This document shows, one piece after another, positions 1-8,852 of a stretch of 64,000 bases of DNA. Below the pieces are notes generated by a model, which was not told the origin of the DNA, ran no database searches, and saw nothing but the letters and a program-made list of their open reading frames with translations. Position numbers and translations under genes: made by a program. Position 1 is the stretch's first letter. Each line of letters opens with the position of its first letter. The DNA is from a virus: IMG/VR virus record IMGVR_UViG_3300028840_002190; one strand, written 5' to 3'.

Positions 1-62
<62 letters not shown>

Positions 63-309
63 GGTGTGTCGCTGTTTTCGTAACGTCCGCTATTGTACTT
101 CACTGGATGCTAACGATGTCCATTCTGCAACCATGGTGATCCAGGGGTGAATCGTGACAACTCTTCAGAGTTGGCGCGATGAACATCACATGGTTGCTTC
201 GTAGTGTGCATCCAGTGATAGCGGACAGAGCGAATATGCGTGCACAGAATACACGCGATTCGAGAAAGTATCTTTCTCTTTGAGCGCTCCGACTCAAACC
301 CACACTTTG

Positions 310-394
310 TACCAGGGACGGGAATCGAACCCGTACGGAGTTACCTCCACAGGATTTTAAGTCCCGTGCGTCTACCTAGTTCCGCCACCCTGGC
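310..394 (-). tRNA. trnL: tRNA-Leu(UAA), long variable arm
   Basis: GCCAGGG/CCCTGGT acceptor, anticodon loop CT-TAA-AA, variable arm, GGTTCGATTCC; no encoded CCA. Confidence 0.95.
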
Positions 395-951
395 TATTTT
401 TTGGAGATCAAGTCTTCAAGATTGGCAGGTAAGCTGTCAGCATTCTGCTGCACCATTGGTTCTACCGGAGGAGGCTCGGGAAGATCAAACTGGTCCTCTT
501 CGGGGAGCTCTTCGATAGCTGCGGAGAGAGGGTCGTCGATTCGGAGAGACTTGGACATCTTGTGCCCTCCGGACCCATAACCCATAGGAGCACCCGAACC
601 GCCTCCACCAATGCCTCCCCCATAAACAGCAGGCTCAGGCCCGGATTCTTCTTCGACAGCGCTGTCTACCATGCTGAGCTCGACGCGGAGCTCAGTCACC
701 ATGCTGAACAGCTTGGCGTTGATTGAACGTTGGTACTCGAGTTCCCGGGCGAGACGCTCACGATCCTTCTCAGCGCTCTTGAACTGGTCTCGAATCAGAT
801 CAAGAACCATCTCGCTCTTGTCGTCAGCTTTCTGGGCCTTTTCACCTGCGGTATCAAAAACATTGAATCCCACAGCAGTGATGAGAGCTGCTACCCCCGA
901 GAGGATGCCGCCCCACGTCCCGGTAATCCTTGCCGCGCGTGATTCTGCCAT
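394..951 (-). CDS. Hypothetical protein with N-terminal TM helix and coiled coil
   Basis: 185 aa ORF, AGGAGG RBS, hydrophobic GGILSGVAALITAVGF then heptad-rich segment; stop codon abuts tRNA-Leu 5' end. Confidence 0.75.
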   Translation of the reverse strand: MAESRAARITGTWGGILSGVAALITAVGFNVFDTAGEKAQKADDKSEMVLDLIRDQFKSAEKDRERLARELEYQRSINAKLFSMVTELRVELSMVDSAVEEESGPEPAVYGGGIGGGGSGAPMGYGSGGHKMSKSLRIDDPLSAAIEELPEEDQFDLPEPPPVEPMVQQNADSLPANLEDLISKK

Positions 952-1007
952 GTCAGAAAACCTCCTGACTTAAGCATACGACGACTTTTACCAAAAAAGA
1001 ATTAGGA

Positions 1008-1676
1008 TTAGCGGGTGTTAGGCACGTCAACAGTAGCGACGATTCGAACCCTGTTCAGATCTTCGTATGTCTGGAATGCGAGGGAAGGGAGGCCCTGAAC
1101 GGTCACGCGGTCTCTAGCTCTGTCAGGAACAGAGAGGTCGTCTCTGTCGAGCTGGATAGAGAAAGGATGGCCGCCCTTAAAGGACTGTGCGAAGACTCCC
1201 CCTGCCTGGAGGATGAAGGGGCGAGTCGCCACAGGATCTTCCGCAATGGTCTCGTTGTAGGGATCAAACGCACCGTAGTAGACTCCCACTGCTCCAACAT
1301 CACAGCGAACGATCAGGCTCGTGAGCAACAGCTGCCCTCCAAACTTAGGCTGCATTGCCAGTCTATTCTCTACCGGAAACTGGATAGCGTAGAGCCAACC
1401 CGGATCGATGTAGATAGGGATCGACTTCAGGTAATCTGGGAAGTCTGAAAAGTCTTTAGCGTCGTTTGTAGGCCCCAGATCAAGAGTCGCTACAAGACGA
1501 GATTTAAAATCCTCATCGAAGTCGAAGTGGATTACGGGCTTCTTATCCGCAGCGTCATTTTCTTGGAGAGGGAAAGTGAGCGCGCCTTCAGTTTTGATGT
1601 GCCCAGACCGGTTGTCATACTGGGCTACGAGTGCTGAAGCAGGAAACGCCTGGTTGGATGTGGGTGCAGATGCCAT
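1008..1676 (-). CDS. Hypothetical protein, probably virion structural
   Basis: 222 aa, translationally coupled to 1676..2302. Confidence 0.7.
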   Translation of the reverse strand: MASAPTSNQAFPASALVAQYDNRSGHIKTEGALTFPLQENDAADKKPVIHFDFDEDFKSRLVATLDLGPTNDAKDFSDFPDYLKSIPIYIDPGWLYAIQFPVENRLAMQPKFGGQLLLTSLIVRCDVGAVGVYYGAFDPYNETIAEDPVATRPFILQAGGVFAQSFKGGHPFSIQLDRDDLSVPDRARDRVTVQGLPSLAFQTYEDLNRVRIVATVDVPNTR

Positions 1677-2302
1677 TAGACGTACTCCACGAATCTGTAG
1701 AAGCTCGTCACAGAGAGGCGAACTCCCGTTGTAGTGGTAGCCTGAATCCCCAAGAGGCCCATGGCAGAGTTAGCGACTCCTGCTTCATCCGTCCCCATGA
1801 GGGGAGGGTTGGGGTCAGCCCAAAAAAGGAAATCTCCCTTTTCCATGGGGTATGGGACGTACTGGGTAGACCTCACTGAAGGTCCGAGTTGCATCTGGTT
1901 ATTGAGCATGATGCAGGACCCTTCAGTGCACTCAATGTAGAGTGCGACCAAGTACCCCCAGAGGCCCGGACCGTACTCGAAAGAGTATGCGGGTTCATAT
2001 ACGGGATACGCGGCGTAGAGCCCGTACTGATCGTCCAACATGTACCCCAAGCCCACCGAAGGATCGAACGAGTGTTCAATAGAGTACATGGCGTGGTAGT
2101 CCACGTCTGATACTAACTCCTCGAGAACTGCCGATTTGTCGACATCAGGCTTACCCATGTCGAACTCACTCGAGAAGTCTACTCCGAGTTTGAATTCGGT
2201 CTCAGGAAGCGTAAGAGGATTAGGCAGTAGCCCGAGGATTCCTGAGCCTACCGCGAAGCCTCCGAAAGCTCCCGAGCCAAATGCGCCTGATCCGAATCCC
2301 AT
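1676..2302 (-). CDS. Hypothetical protein with GFGSGAFG N-terminal repeats, probably structural
   Basis: 208 aa, starts MGFGSGAFGSGAFGGF; RBS GGAG. Confidence 0.7.
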   Translation of the reverse strand: MGFGSGAFGSGAFGGFAVGSGILGLLPNPLTLPETEFKLGVDFSSEFDMGKPDVDKSAVLEELVSDVDYHAMYSIEHSFDPSVGLGYMLDDQYGLYAAYPVYEPAYSFEYGPGLWGYLVALYIECTEGSCIMLNNQMQLGPSVRSTQYVPYPMEKGDFLFWADPNPPLMGTDEAGVANSAMGLLGIQATTTTGVRLSVTSFYRFVEYV

Positions 2303-2313
2303 GACTTACTCCG

Positions 2314-2772
2314 TTACTTGGCTGCCGTGGCCTGCTCCAACAAGAAAATTCCGGTGCCTCCGCTGTTCAAAAAAACAGGGATGTCTGCAACTCCGAACGG
2401 CCCAGCTCCTATGCCGGTACTCCCCACTATCCCAGGAGTATTCCACTTGACACCCGCAGGTCCTGATACGTATAGCGCCTGGCCTGAAGGAATAGCGAAG
2501 GGGCCTCCCATTAACCGGATGGACGCGAATCCCCACCGCGGAACGAGCAGGTACACGACATCCAATAGCGTCAAGGTCGATGTAGGGCTATCCCAAGACA
2601 TGTCCCCGTAGGTTTGAGGCCCCAAAATGATGCCGATACGCTGCTGCGTCATCATGATCTCGATATCGAGATCCGACATCTGACCTTCGTATTGCTCGTC
2701 CCACGGATCGAGATCTGCAGCGGGATACCGAATGTTCAAGTTGGAAGTGTATCTGTAGTTCGGGTCAGCCAT
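2314..2772 (-). CDS. MADP-family paralog 3 (putative tail fibre/appendage subunit)
   Basis: Shares N-terminal MADP-x-R-x-T-x-x-L-x-L-x-YP...PWD..Y..QM..LD motif with the next two ORFs. Confidence 0.75.
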   Translation of the reverse strand: MADPNYRYTSNLNIRYPAADLDPWDEQYEGQMSDLDIEIMMTQQRIGIILGPQTYGDMSWDSPTSTLTLLDVVYLLVPRWGFASIRLMGGPFAIPSGQALYVSGPAGVKWNTPGIVGSTGIGAGPFGVADIPVFLNSGGTGIFLLEQATAAK

Positions 2773-2783
2773 CTTTCACTCCT

Positions 2784-3257
2784 TTAAAGCGTAGACGGGT
2801 ATGCGAAATGGTCTTGAATGCCCATGACGAATGCGCCTGCGATGTGAAGACCGAATACTACTTGCCCTCTAACGTAAGCGGCAGGGGCGGTAGGCGTCAC
2901 AAACAACTCAGCAGCACCTATAGCGTACGTACTGTCCCAAGGGATATCCTCAGGGACGTTCATCAACACGTAGTTGTCGGCTGGAACTACAAGAGGAGTG
3001 GCCCCGTCACCCCATGTAAAGACACCGCCAAAGATGGGACACAGCATTGTGAACCCATTGATGGTGAGCGTGGTCGACGCAGTGTCCCACTCTATCTTGC
3101 GCCCAACGAACGCCAATCGTGCCGACTGCATGGCGAAAAGGATGGTCACGTCAAGTCGGTCCATCTGCTCGATGTACTTGTCATCCCACGGATCGAGATC
3201 CTTCGCAGGATACGATAAGTGGAGATTCGAAGTTACTCTGATATCAGGATCAGCCAT
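2784..3257 (-). CDS. MADP-family paralog 2
   Basis: MADPDIRVTSNLHLSYPAKDLDPWDDKYIEQMDRLD; AGGAG RBS. Confidence 0.75.
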   Translation of the reverse strand: MADPDIRVTSNLHLSYPAKDLDPWDDKYIEQMDRLDVTILFAMQSARLAFVGRKIEWDTASTTLTINGFTMLCPIFGGVFTWGDGATPLVVPADNYVLMNVPEDIPWDSTYAIGAAELFVTPTAPAAYVRGQVVFGLHIAGAFVMGIQDHFAYPSTL

Positions 3258-3270
3258 GACTCAGCACTCC

Positions 3271-3765
3271 TTACGGGAACGAAATGGTACGCGATGTCGT
3301 CCTGAGGAGGAACGCGATCTCTCCAGGCATGGACCCGTCGTAAACTAATAGCGGGATGCGTCTCTCGTTGGGTTCATAAGTAGACATGTCTGCGGTGAAT
3401 ATTCCGTTCGCGGCCCACATACCTGTACCTCTCCACCAAGGGTTAGGCGATGCTGAACCGACATCAACATACGCAAGTTGTGAAGGCGATACCGCGAGGC
3501 TCGTGGGGCCAAGGGTGATGACTCCCCCGGTAGCAGAGACATACAGACGGATGTTACCGTTGACTGTAAGCTGAGAACCATTCCACGTCAGATAAGTGTT
3601 TAAATCCCCTGCATCCACCAAAACAGTACCGATATTGACCGAATAGGCCAGCCACTTTTCAAGATCATTCATCTGCTGGATGATCTGCTTGTCATCAGGT
3701 ATCAGGCCCGTGTTCGGGTACTTGAGCCTAAGATATTCAGTTTGTCGGGTGCTTGGATCGGCCAT
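3271..3765 (-). CDS. MADP-family paralog 1
   Basis: MADPSTRQTEYLRLKYPNTGLIPDDKQIIQQMNDLE; GGAGG RBS, TATACTT upstream. Confidence 0.75.
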   Translation of the reverse strand: MADPSTRQTEYLRLKYPNTGLIPDDKQIIQQMNDLEKWLAYSVNIGTVLVDAGDLNTYLTWNGSQLTVNGNIRLYVSATGGVITLGPTSLAVSPSQLAYVDVGSASPNPWWRGTGMWAANGIFTADMSTYEPNERRIPLLVYDGSMPGEIAFLLRTTSRTISFP

Positions 3766-3830
3766 GGGAGTGCGCCTCCTTCTAGTGAATTTCAGCTAAA
3801 GTATAGGCCGAAAGCCAAAAAAATGCGACT

Positions 3831-4055
3831 TCAGTCTTCGGGGTCAGGTTCGAGTCGTGCCTCGGACTCTCGGATAGCAGCCAAGCACTTTGGGCAGTTG
3901 GAGTACTGCACCTCAGGGGTGTACTTGGTGCCATCCGTAGAGACGTAGACTTCGTCTAAGGGAGAGTCGTCTTTATCGAAGTCTGGAGACACCCACTTCC
4001 CGCTACAGCAGATTCTGTAACGGGGAGGGTCGTATGCGTCTGTGCAGTGAACCAT
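3831..4055 (-). CDS. Small Cys-containing hypothetical protein
   Basis: Start refined to ATG at 4055 after GGGAGG; has CC and CPKC. Confidence 0.5.
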   Translation of the reverse strand: MVHCTDAYDPPRYRICCSGKWVSPDFDKDDSPLDEVYVSTDGTKYTPEVQYSNCPKCLAAIRESEARLEPDPED

Positions 4056-4084
4056 GTCGGCCTCCCTACTACTAGAGTAGCACC

Positions 4085-4228
4085 TTTGGATTCGACATCC
4101 AAGGCGCTCCTGGCAGCCTCCTGTAGGCGCCATTCATCAGCTTACCGGGTTAATATCTCCGTGTCAGGTACTAGAGATGCATGGCGCCTACAGGGGCAGC
4201 CGGAGGTCCTTGGATGTCGGACTCCGAA
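4085..4228. ncRNA. Putative long-hairpin structured RNA
   Basis: Arms 4093-4104/4208-4219 and 4120-4133/4181-4194 are perfect complements; intergenic. Confidence 0.5.
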
Positions 4229-4319
4229 CGTACGCTACTGTGGCGCTAAATTATCCCGGCGAACAAGGACGTAACGTCCTCTACCCCACTCAGCGGTTTG
4301 GGGGTGCTAGTAGAGATTG

Positions 4320-5087
4320 CTATTGGTTTTCGTACAGCCGACCGGCGAGGTGTCCGTATCCGCGTTCGTAAAGATCGGAGAGGGTGTTTGCACGTTCGCG
4401 CGCTTCCCGCATCCCTTCGAGGGTACCTTCGCCTCCACCGAGAGCAGCTCCAGCAATCTGGGATTGGAGACGTGAGCTAGTGTCCTCATCCTCACCACCC
4501 CCGAGACCACCCAAAGCGGCTCCTGAGAGAGCACCTTCGAGTCCACGCTCCGTCATGAGCTCCTTCATGAGCCCTTCACGAATGTCTCCGTACTCTTGGG
4601 GTGTGAGCGGCTGCGCCGTCTGCTCTTGGATACCGCGAGCATGCGGTACGAGCCCCTCATGCGTGCCGTAAGGCATATGACGCGGAACGCGACCTTCCTG
4701 AGCAATCTCACCGAGGGTTGTCCCCCAACGCTTTCCGTGACGCTCAGCACCGCTACGGCGCGATAAACCGCTCAAGGCACCAAGCCCACCGCCCCCGAGG
4801 AGACCCAGGCCGCCTCCGATGAGCGCACCCTTTCCTCCTCCGAGTCCGTATCCGAGGCCGCCTCCCAAGAGTCCTCCGAGGCCACCCCCGACGATGCCTC
4901 CCGTGGTGGGAGCATCACGGTGACGTTCGTAGCCTTCTTGGCCCTTCATCTTGGAAAACGCCTGGATCTCCTCAGGAGTAATTTCACGCCGCTTATTCCC
5001 CGTGAGGGCTGCGGCGATATCTTCTTCCGTGATCTCAGCCAACTTGGTCATCACTTCGCGGTAACCTTGAACAAATGCGGGATGCAT
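4320..5087 (-). CDS. Glycine-zipper protein with KxA motif (putative internal virion protein)
   Basis: GGLGGLLGGGLGYGLGG stretches, MTKLAE; start refined to ATG 5087 after GGAGG. Confidence 0.75.
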   Translation of the reverse strand: MHPAFVQGYREVMTKLAEITEEDIAAALTGNKRREITPEEIQAFSKMKGQEGYERHRDAPTTGGIVGGGLGGLLGGGLGYGLGGGKGALIGGGLGLLGGGGLGALSGLSRRSGAERHGKRWGTTLGEIAQEGRVPRHMPYGTHEGLVPHARGIQEQTAQPLTPQEYGDIREGLMKELMTERGLEGALSGAALGGLGGGEDEDTSSRLQSQIAGAALGGGEGTLEGMREARERANTLSDLYERGYGHLAGRLYENQ

Positions 5088-5123
5088 GGGGGAACCTCCT
5101 TCAAAGTTCCTCACAAGTATAGT

Positions 5124-5906
5124 TCAAGAGACCTCTACAATCCAAGGAGAATATGTCTTGTTTCTCTGGAAGTAGTAGCCGTGCTGGTTACAGACGAAAC
5201 GCGTTTCGAAGTACGTAACGTCCACGCGAGGACCGTGGTCATGCCCGTAGACCCACAGCTCAGGCTCGTACCGGTCTATGATCCTGGAGAGATCGGATTC
5301 GAAGGCTGCACGCGTGAGCGTCTTCAAGAACTTCGGAGGGTGTAGCTGTTTAAGAGGGGCGCAGTGGGTCACTACGACCGTGGGTCGGCGCTTGTTTCGT
5401 GTAGCCAGTGCCTCCTCGAGCCACTCACGACAACGCATATGCTCTCGCGTCCAGACGAAGGGAGTCATCGGTCCATAATCCCCGCGAACCTTTATGGCGG
5501 GTGCTCTCTCCTTCGAATCGATTTTGAAGTCCGTAATGGCCGTCTGAACAGCCAAGGCATCAAGAGGGTTGCTGATGTCCGACCAGAGAGTCGTACCTAG
5601 AAACTGAACACGCGAGATTGTTTGCATGTCCTTTTCTAGGAGGTAGACCGCAGGGAACTCGGCGACGACTTTTCGGTATTCGTCCAGTGCGTCCGGGAAG
5701 TACCTGCCGTAGTACTCGTGGTTTCCCAAGACGTAGACGATGGGAATGTGCTTCTGCTTGAGGATCCTACGAAAGACTTTACGCAGACTGGCAGGCTTCT
5801 TGTGGATGTCGCCCGCCAAAACCAGCACTTCAGCGTCAGGATGGACTTCGATCTTCGTCTTCGAGTGGAGCTCCAGATGGAAGTCCGAGGCGATTTGAAT
5901 TTTCAT
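5124..5906 (-). CDS. Calcineurin-like metallophosphoesterase
   Basis: Motifs SDFHLE, LAGDI, LGNHEYY, VTHCAP, YGHDH. Confidence 0.93.
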   Translation of the reverse strand: MKIQIASDFHLELHSKTKIEVHPDAEVLVLAGDIHKKPASLRKVFRRILKQKHIPIVYVLGNHEYYGRYFPDALDEYRKVVAEFPAVYLLEKDMQTISRVQFLGTTLWSDISNPLDALAVQTAITDFKIDSKERAPAIKVRGDYGPMTPFVWTREHMRCREWLEEALATRNKRRPTVVVTHCAPLKQLHPPKFLKTLTRAAFESDLSRIIDRYEPELWVYGHDHGPRVDVTYFETRFVCNQHGYYFQRNKTYSPWIVEVS

Positions 5907-5930
5907 CTTCGAGCTCCTTTGTTTTGAGAT

Positions 5931-6251
5931 TTACCTCGTAAAGTCCAGCTTGGTCTGGCGCGGGTCGTCTGGTATCGGAGGCCCAAGGTCTTCTTCCTGA
6001 GTCTCTGGAGTCCGGAAATCCAGCTCCTCTGGGATCGTCCAGAGTCGAGGCAGCTTCTCTACTTCAGTTACGCTGTCAATGTCGGGGTGGTCGCTCGCGA
6101 AGTCGTCTAGGTCCCAACCCGAGTACGCCTCTACTATGTCTGTTATGTCAGGAGCTACGTTGTCTCTAGCTGAATCCTTGGTGTCTGCGTACACGTAGAC
6201 TTCAGCTACTTCCACCGCCGTGCGTGATACTTTAACTTTGAACATCGGCAT
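5931..6251 (-). CDS. Acidic hypothetical protein
   Basis: Start refined to ATG 6251 after GGAGGTG. Confidence 0.6.
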   Translation of the reverse strand: MPMFKVKVSRTAVEVAEVYVYADTKDSARDNVAPDITDIVEAYSGWDLDDFASDHPDIDSVTEVEKLPRLWTIPEELDFRTPETQEEDLGPPIPDDPRQTKLDFTR

Positions 6252-6540
6252 CGCCGTCACCTCCCCTTGCTGCACGGGCTTTCTTTAGACGCTCCGCCAT
6301 GGCTGCTCGTTGCTCTTCCGAAATTTCTCGTTTGGTGTCCTCCTTGAGAACCGCGCCTTTGGCACGCGGATTATACCTCGACCAGTCGAAGTCAGGCTCT
6401 AATTTACGGTACGGCATCCAGCGGTAGAGAGAGCAGCTAGGAACCTCACAATCAACCTTGCCATCTTCGTACTGTCCGCAGCACTCGTGGCATTTTTTGA
6501 GCATAGCTTCACTGCGTCCTGGTCCTTTAGACTTGGCCAT
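6232..6540 (-). CDS. Cys-rich hypothetical phage protein
   Basis: KKCHECCG...DCEVPSCSLYRW pattern; AGGAG RBS. Confidence 0.7.
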   Translation of the reverse strand: MAKSKGPGRSEAMLKKCHECCGQYEDGKVDCEVPSCSLYRWMPYRKLEPDFDWSRYNPRAKGAVLKEDTKREISEEQRAAMAERLKKARAARGGDGDADVQS

Positions 6541-6567
6541 GAGGTCACTCCTGTGGGTTTGTAAAAG

Positions 6568-6870
6568 TCCTCGTCTTTCCGAGGCGTCACCGGTTCCGTC
6601 CCTTGTCTGATAATGCTGTTCGCTCCTCCCACGGGCCCACCAAGACTGGGCCTTCTACTCTTGGCCTCAGCCTTCTAGGGAGGGTCAGTCACCGGAAACC
6701 ATCTCTCAAGCACTCTCACACTACTGTGATGGGAAGTATCCCACCCGTGGTTCTTGCCAGGGTATTGACTAAGCCTACATTCGTCCACTCGTCCGTAGGC
6801 TTAAGAGATACGCTGGCTTGAACCTGGGGTGGGTTCTTGCCGACTGCTAGTGACATAATTAGCCACTATG
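6568..6870 (-). ncRNA. Putative structured RNA ending in a GAC-stem-GAAAGA hairpin
   Basis: About 350 nt ORF-free gap with several hairpins (AAGCCTAC/GTAGGCTT, GGCCCA/TGGGCC) and 3' TGACGCCTCGGAAAGACGAGG. Confidence 0.45.
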
Positions 6871-6919
6871 AGAACGTAACGTTCTCTGTCTCGAGATGTA
6901 GTAGACACTAGTGTGGGAT

Positions 6920-7489
6920 CTAGACTTCTGGGTACTCGTACTCGACGAAGCAAAGCGCGACGTAGACCAGGCCGTACGCAGCGTCAACGATAATGTCCCG
7001 AGTGTAGTAGGTCACATCAACGATATCGAAAGTCCTCGGGTCTCCCTTGTACCGTCTTTCGACGATACCTTCGAGGTCCTTCTTGAGAATGGCCTTAGCT
7101 TTCTCTTTCGAACCGTGACCTTCGTACTCGGCGGCGAAACCCCCGAGGTGCTCGCGATTACCGTCATCGTCCACGACGTAAACTTGGCACGTACCGATAC
7201 CGGCACAGAGGTGCTCCCCCTCGACACCCTCCATCTGAGCTTTGATAGTTTCGAGCACTGCACCATGGTGGACCAACCCGAGCTTCTTAGCTTGCTCGAG
7301 CTTGATCTCCTTGGCTTCCGGCGGAAGAACGCTGGTGTACGTCATCACGTTGAAGTTTTCGATGCCGCCATCCAGGAGGGCCATATCATATGCGGAAGTC
7401 TCGTAGTGGTCAGAGCCCGTCTCAGCACTGGACTGCCCCGCACCGGAGGTTACGAAGTAGAGTGTAGGAATTCGACATTTGGTTCTCAT
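6920..7489 (-). CDS. pdaD: Pyruvoyl-dependent arginine decarboxylase
   Basis: YFVTSGAG...AYDMALLDGGIENFNVMTYTSVLPP matches the PvlArgDC signature with Thr-Ser autocleavage site. Confidence 0.88.
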   Translation of the reverse strand: MRTKCRIPTLYFVTSGAGQSSAETGSDHYETSAYDMALLDGGIENFNVMTYTSVLPPEAKEIKLEQAKKLGLVHHGAVLETIKAQMEGVEGEHLCAGIGTCQVYVVDDDGNREHLGGFAAEYEGHGSKEKAKAILKKDLEGIVERRYKGDPRTFDIVDVTYYTRDIIVDAAYGLVYVALCFVEYEYPEV

Positions 7490-7794
7490 CTGTGTTTTCT
7501 CCCCTTCAGACGTTTCGTATTGATGTTGTTAGCTACCGGAATCATACGATCTCGCGCCACAGGATTGGCGGTGTGTACCCCTATAAAAGGCGCATAGTTG
7601 ACGTACTCGTGCGCACGCCGTTCGATGCGATAGAGGATGTCGTACCCAGTCTTGGTTCCTCCAAGATCGTGATCAAGACTGATAACATCAAAGTCCCAGT
7701 CGTTCTGCTCGAGGAGCTTCATCGCAGATTTGTAACTTTTGGCCCAGATCCAACCGTCGGGAGCGGGACGTACGTCGTCTACCCAGAGTTTCAT
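7486..7794 (-). CDS. Cyclic-phosphate-processing receiver-like (cREC) domain protein
   Basis: LWVDDVRPAP...ISLDHDLG...TGYD...VHTANPVAR pattern; ATGA-coupled to pdaD. Confidence 0.8.
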   Translation of the reverse strand: MKLWVDDVRPAPDGWIWAKSYKSAMKLLEQNDWDFDVISLDHDLGGTKTGYDILYRIERRAHEYVNYAPFIGVHTANPVARDRMIPVANNINTKRLKGRKHR

Positions 7795-8675
7795 CGCTTC
7801 TTTTTCTTACCTCGTTTAATCGGCTTCTTGGTGCCAGGGTCGGTTTTGAAGCTCATATCGAAGAAGCCCTTCTCGTCGCGCATGTCCTCGTCGGAGATTT
7901 CCAGGGTGTCAGGCTCACCGACACCCAGGACCCCCCCGATATATTGGGAGATCTCCTGGTAGACCTCGTAAGGATCTGCAACTTTCATGTAACCGACTTT
8001 ACGTAACGCATCGTTGACGTGGAGGGCCAGACATCCACGACCGTAGGGACCGTCCATCCTTCTCAATGTTATGATGGGAGACTTGAAGTGTTGGAAGAGC
8101 CGTGAGTCGTCTCTAGGCAGTCGCTTGTTGAAGAATGCCTCGAACTCTTCTCGATGCAGTTCGTAGATGTCACCGTCTTTTCTGTGTTTACGTTTCCGCT
8201 GTTCCTTCTTGGAAAGTTTAGCGTAATACAGTGTCCTGAGGCGCTTAGGGAACTTGTCTACGATTTTGTCAGCTTGTTGGACGTTGTACGCGAAATCCAC
8301 AGTGGCGTCGAAGTCGTCTAATGAACAGCTGTACCGTGCTTTATTCCCGTATCGGAACCGCAGGCAGGGGCGGATCTTGCCACACACTCCCACCACGAGG
8401 ATATTGACCGAAAAATGGAAAGAGTCTTCTCTTCCTTCGAGTTCAGCACGCCAACAGTTTTCCTGAGGTTCCCAGAAGAGGTCCATCCCGGGAGTCTCGA
8501 CGTCAACTTCCCCGTGGAGTTCTCCCTGGGCGGTTAAGTCGGTGTAGATTTTTCGAAGGGTGTCTCCCTCGTTGACGCCGTAGCGTGTAACCTTACGGAG
8601 ATACACGAGAGACAGATCGACACCGTGTGCTTGAACTGAGTCGTAGTAATCACGAAACTTCGAAATGATTCTCAT
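7791..8675 (-). CDS. Conserved hypothetical phage protein (MRIISKFRDYYD family)
   Basis: Start refined to 8675 because the longer ORF runs into tRNA-Asn. Confidence 0.75.
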   Translation of the reverse strand: MRIISKFRDYYDSVQAHGVDLSLVYLRKVTRYGVNEGDTLRKIYTDLTAQGELHGEVDVETPGMDLFWEPQENCWRAELEGREDSFHFSVNILVVGVCGKIRPCLRFRYGNKARYSCSLDDFDATVDFAYNVQQADKIVDKFPKRLRTLYYAKLSKKEQRKRKHRKDGDIYELHREEFEAFFNKRLPRDDSRLFQHFKSPIITLRRMDGPYGRGCLALHVNDALRKVGYMKVADPYEVYQEISQYIGGVLGVGEPDTLEISDEDMRDEKGFFDMSFKTDPGTKKPIKRGKKKKR

Positions 8676-8690
8676 GTCGTTTTCCTTTCG

Positions 8691-8762
8691 AGGCCCGCGT
8701 TGGGATCGAACCAACGACCTGGTGGTTAACAGCCACCTGCTCTACCGCTGAGCTAGCGAGCC
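8691..8762 (-). tRNA. trnN: tRNA-Asn(GUU)
   Basis: GGCTCGC/GCGGGCC acceptor; GGTGG-CT-GTT-AA-CCACC; GGTTCGATCC. Confidence 0.95.
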
Positions 8763-8852
8763 AACGCGCGAGTGCTGCCAATGGAGAGTCCTAAACAGTT
8801 GTTTTTGGTTACGGCAGCACCCGCGCAACATCCAAGTTTACATAGTAAAGCC

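Noticed and set aside
100-303. 67-aa ORF between tRNAs
   Set aside because: No RBS or motif; the region is better explained as structured RNA.
6568-6870. RNase P RNA
   Set aside because: No GAGGAAAGTCC or AAACAGAA.CCGGCTTA consensus on either strand.
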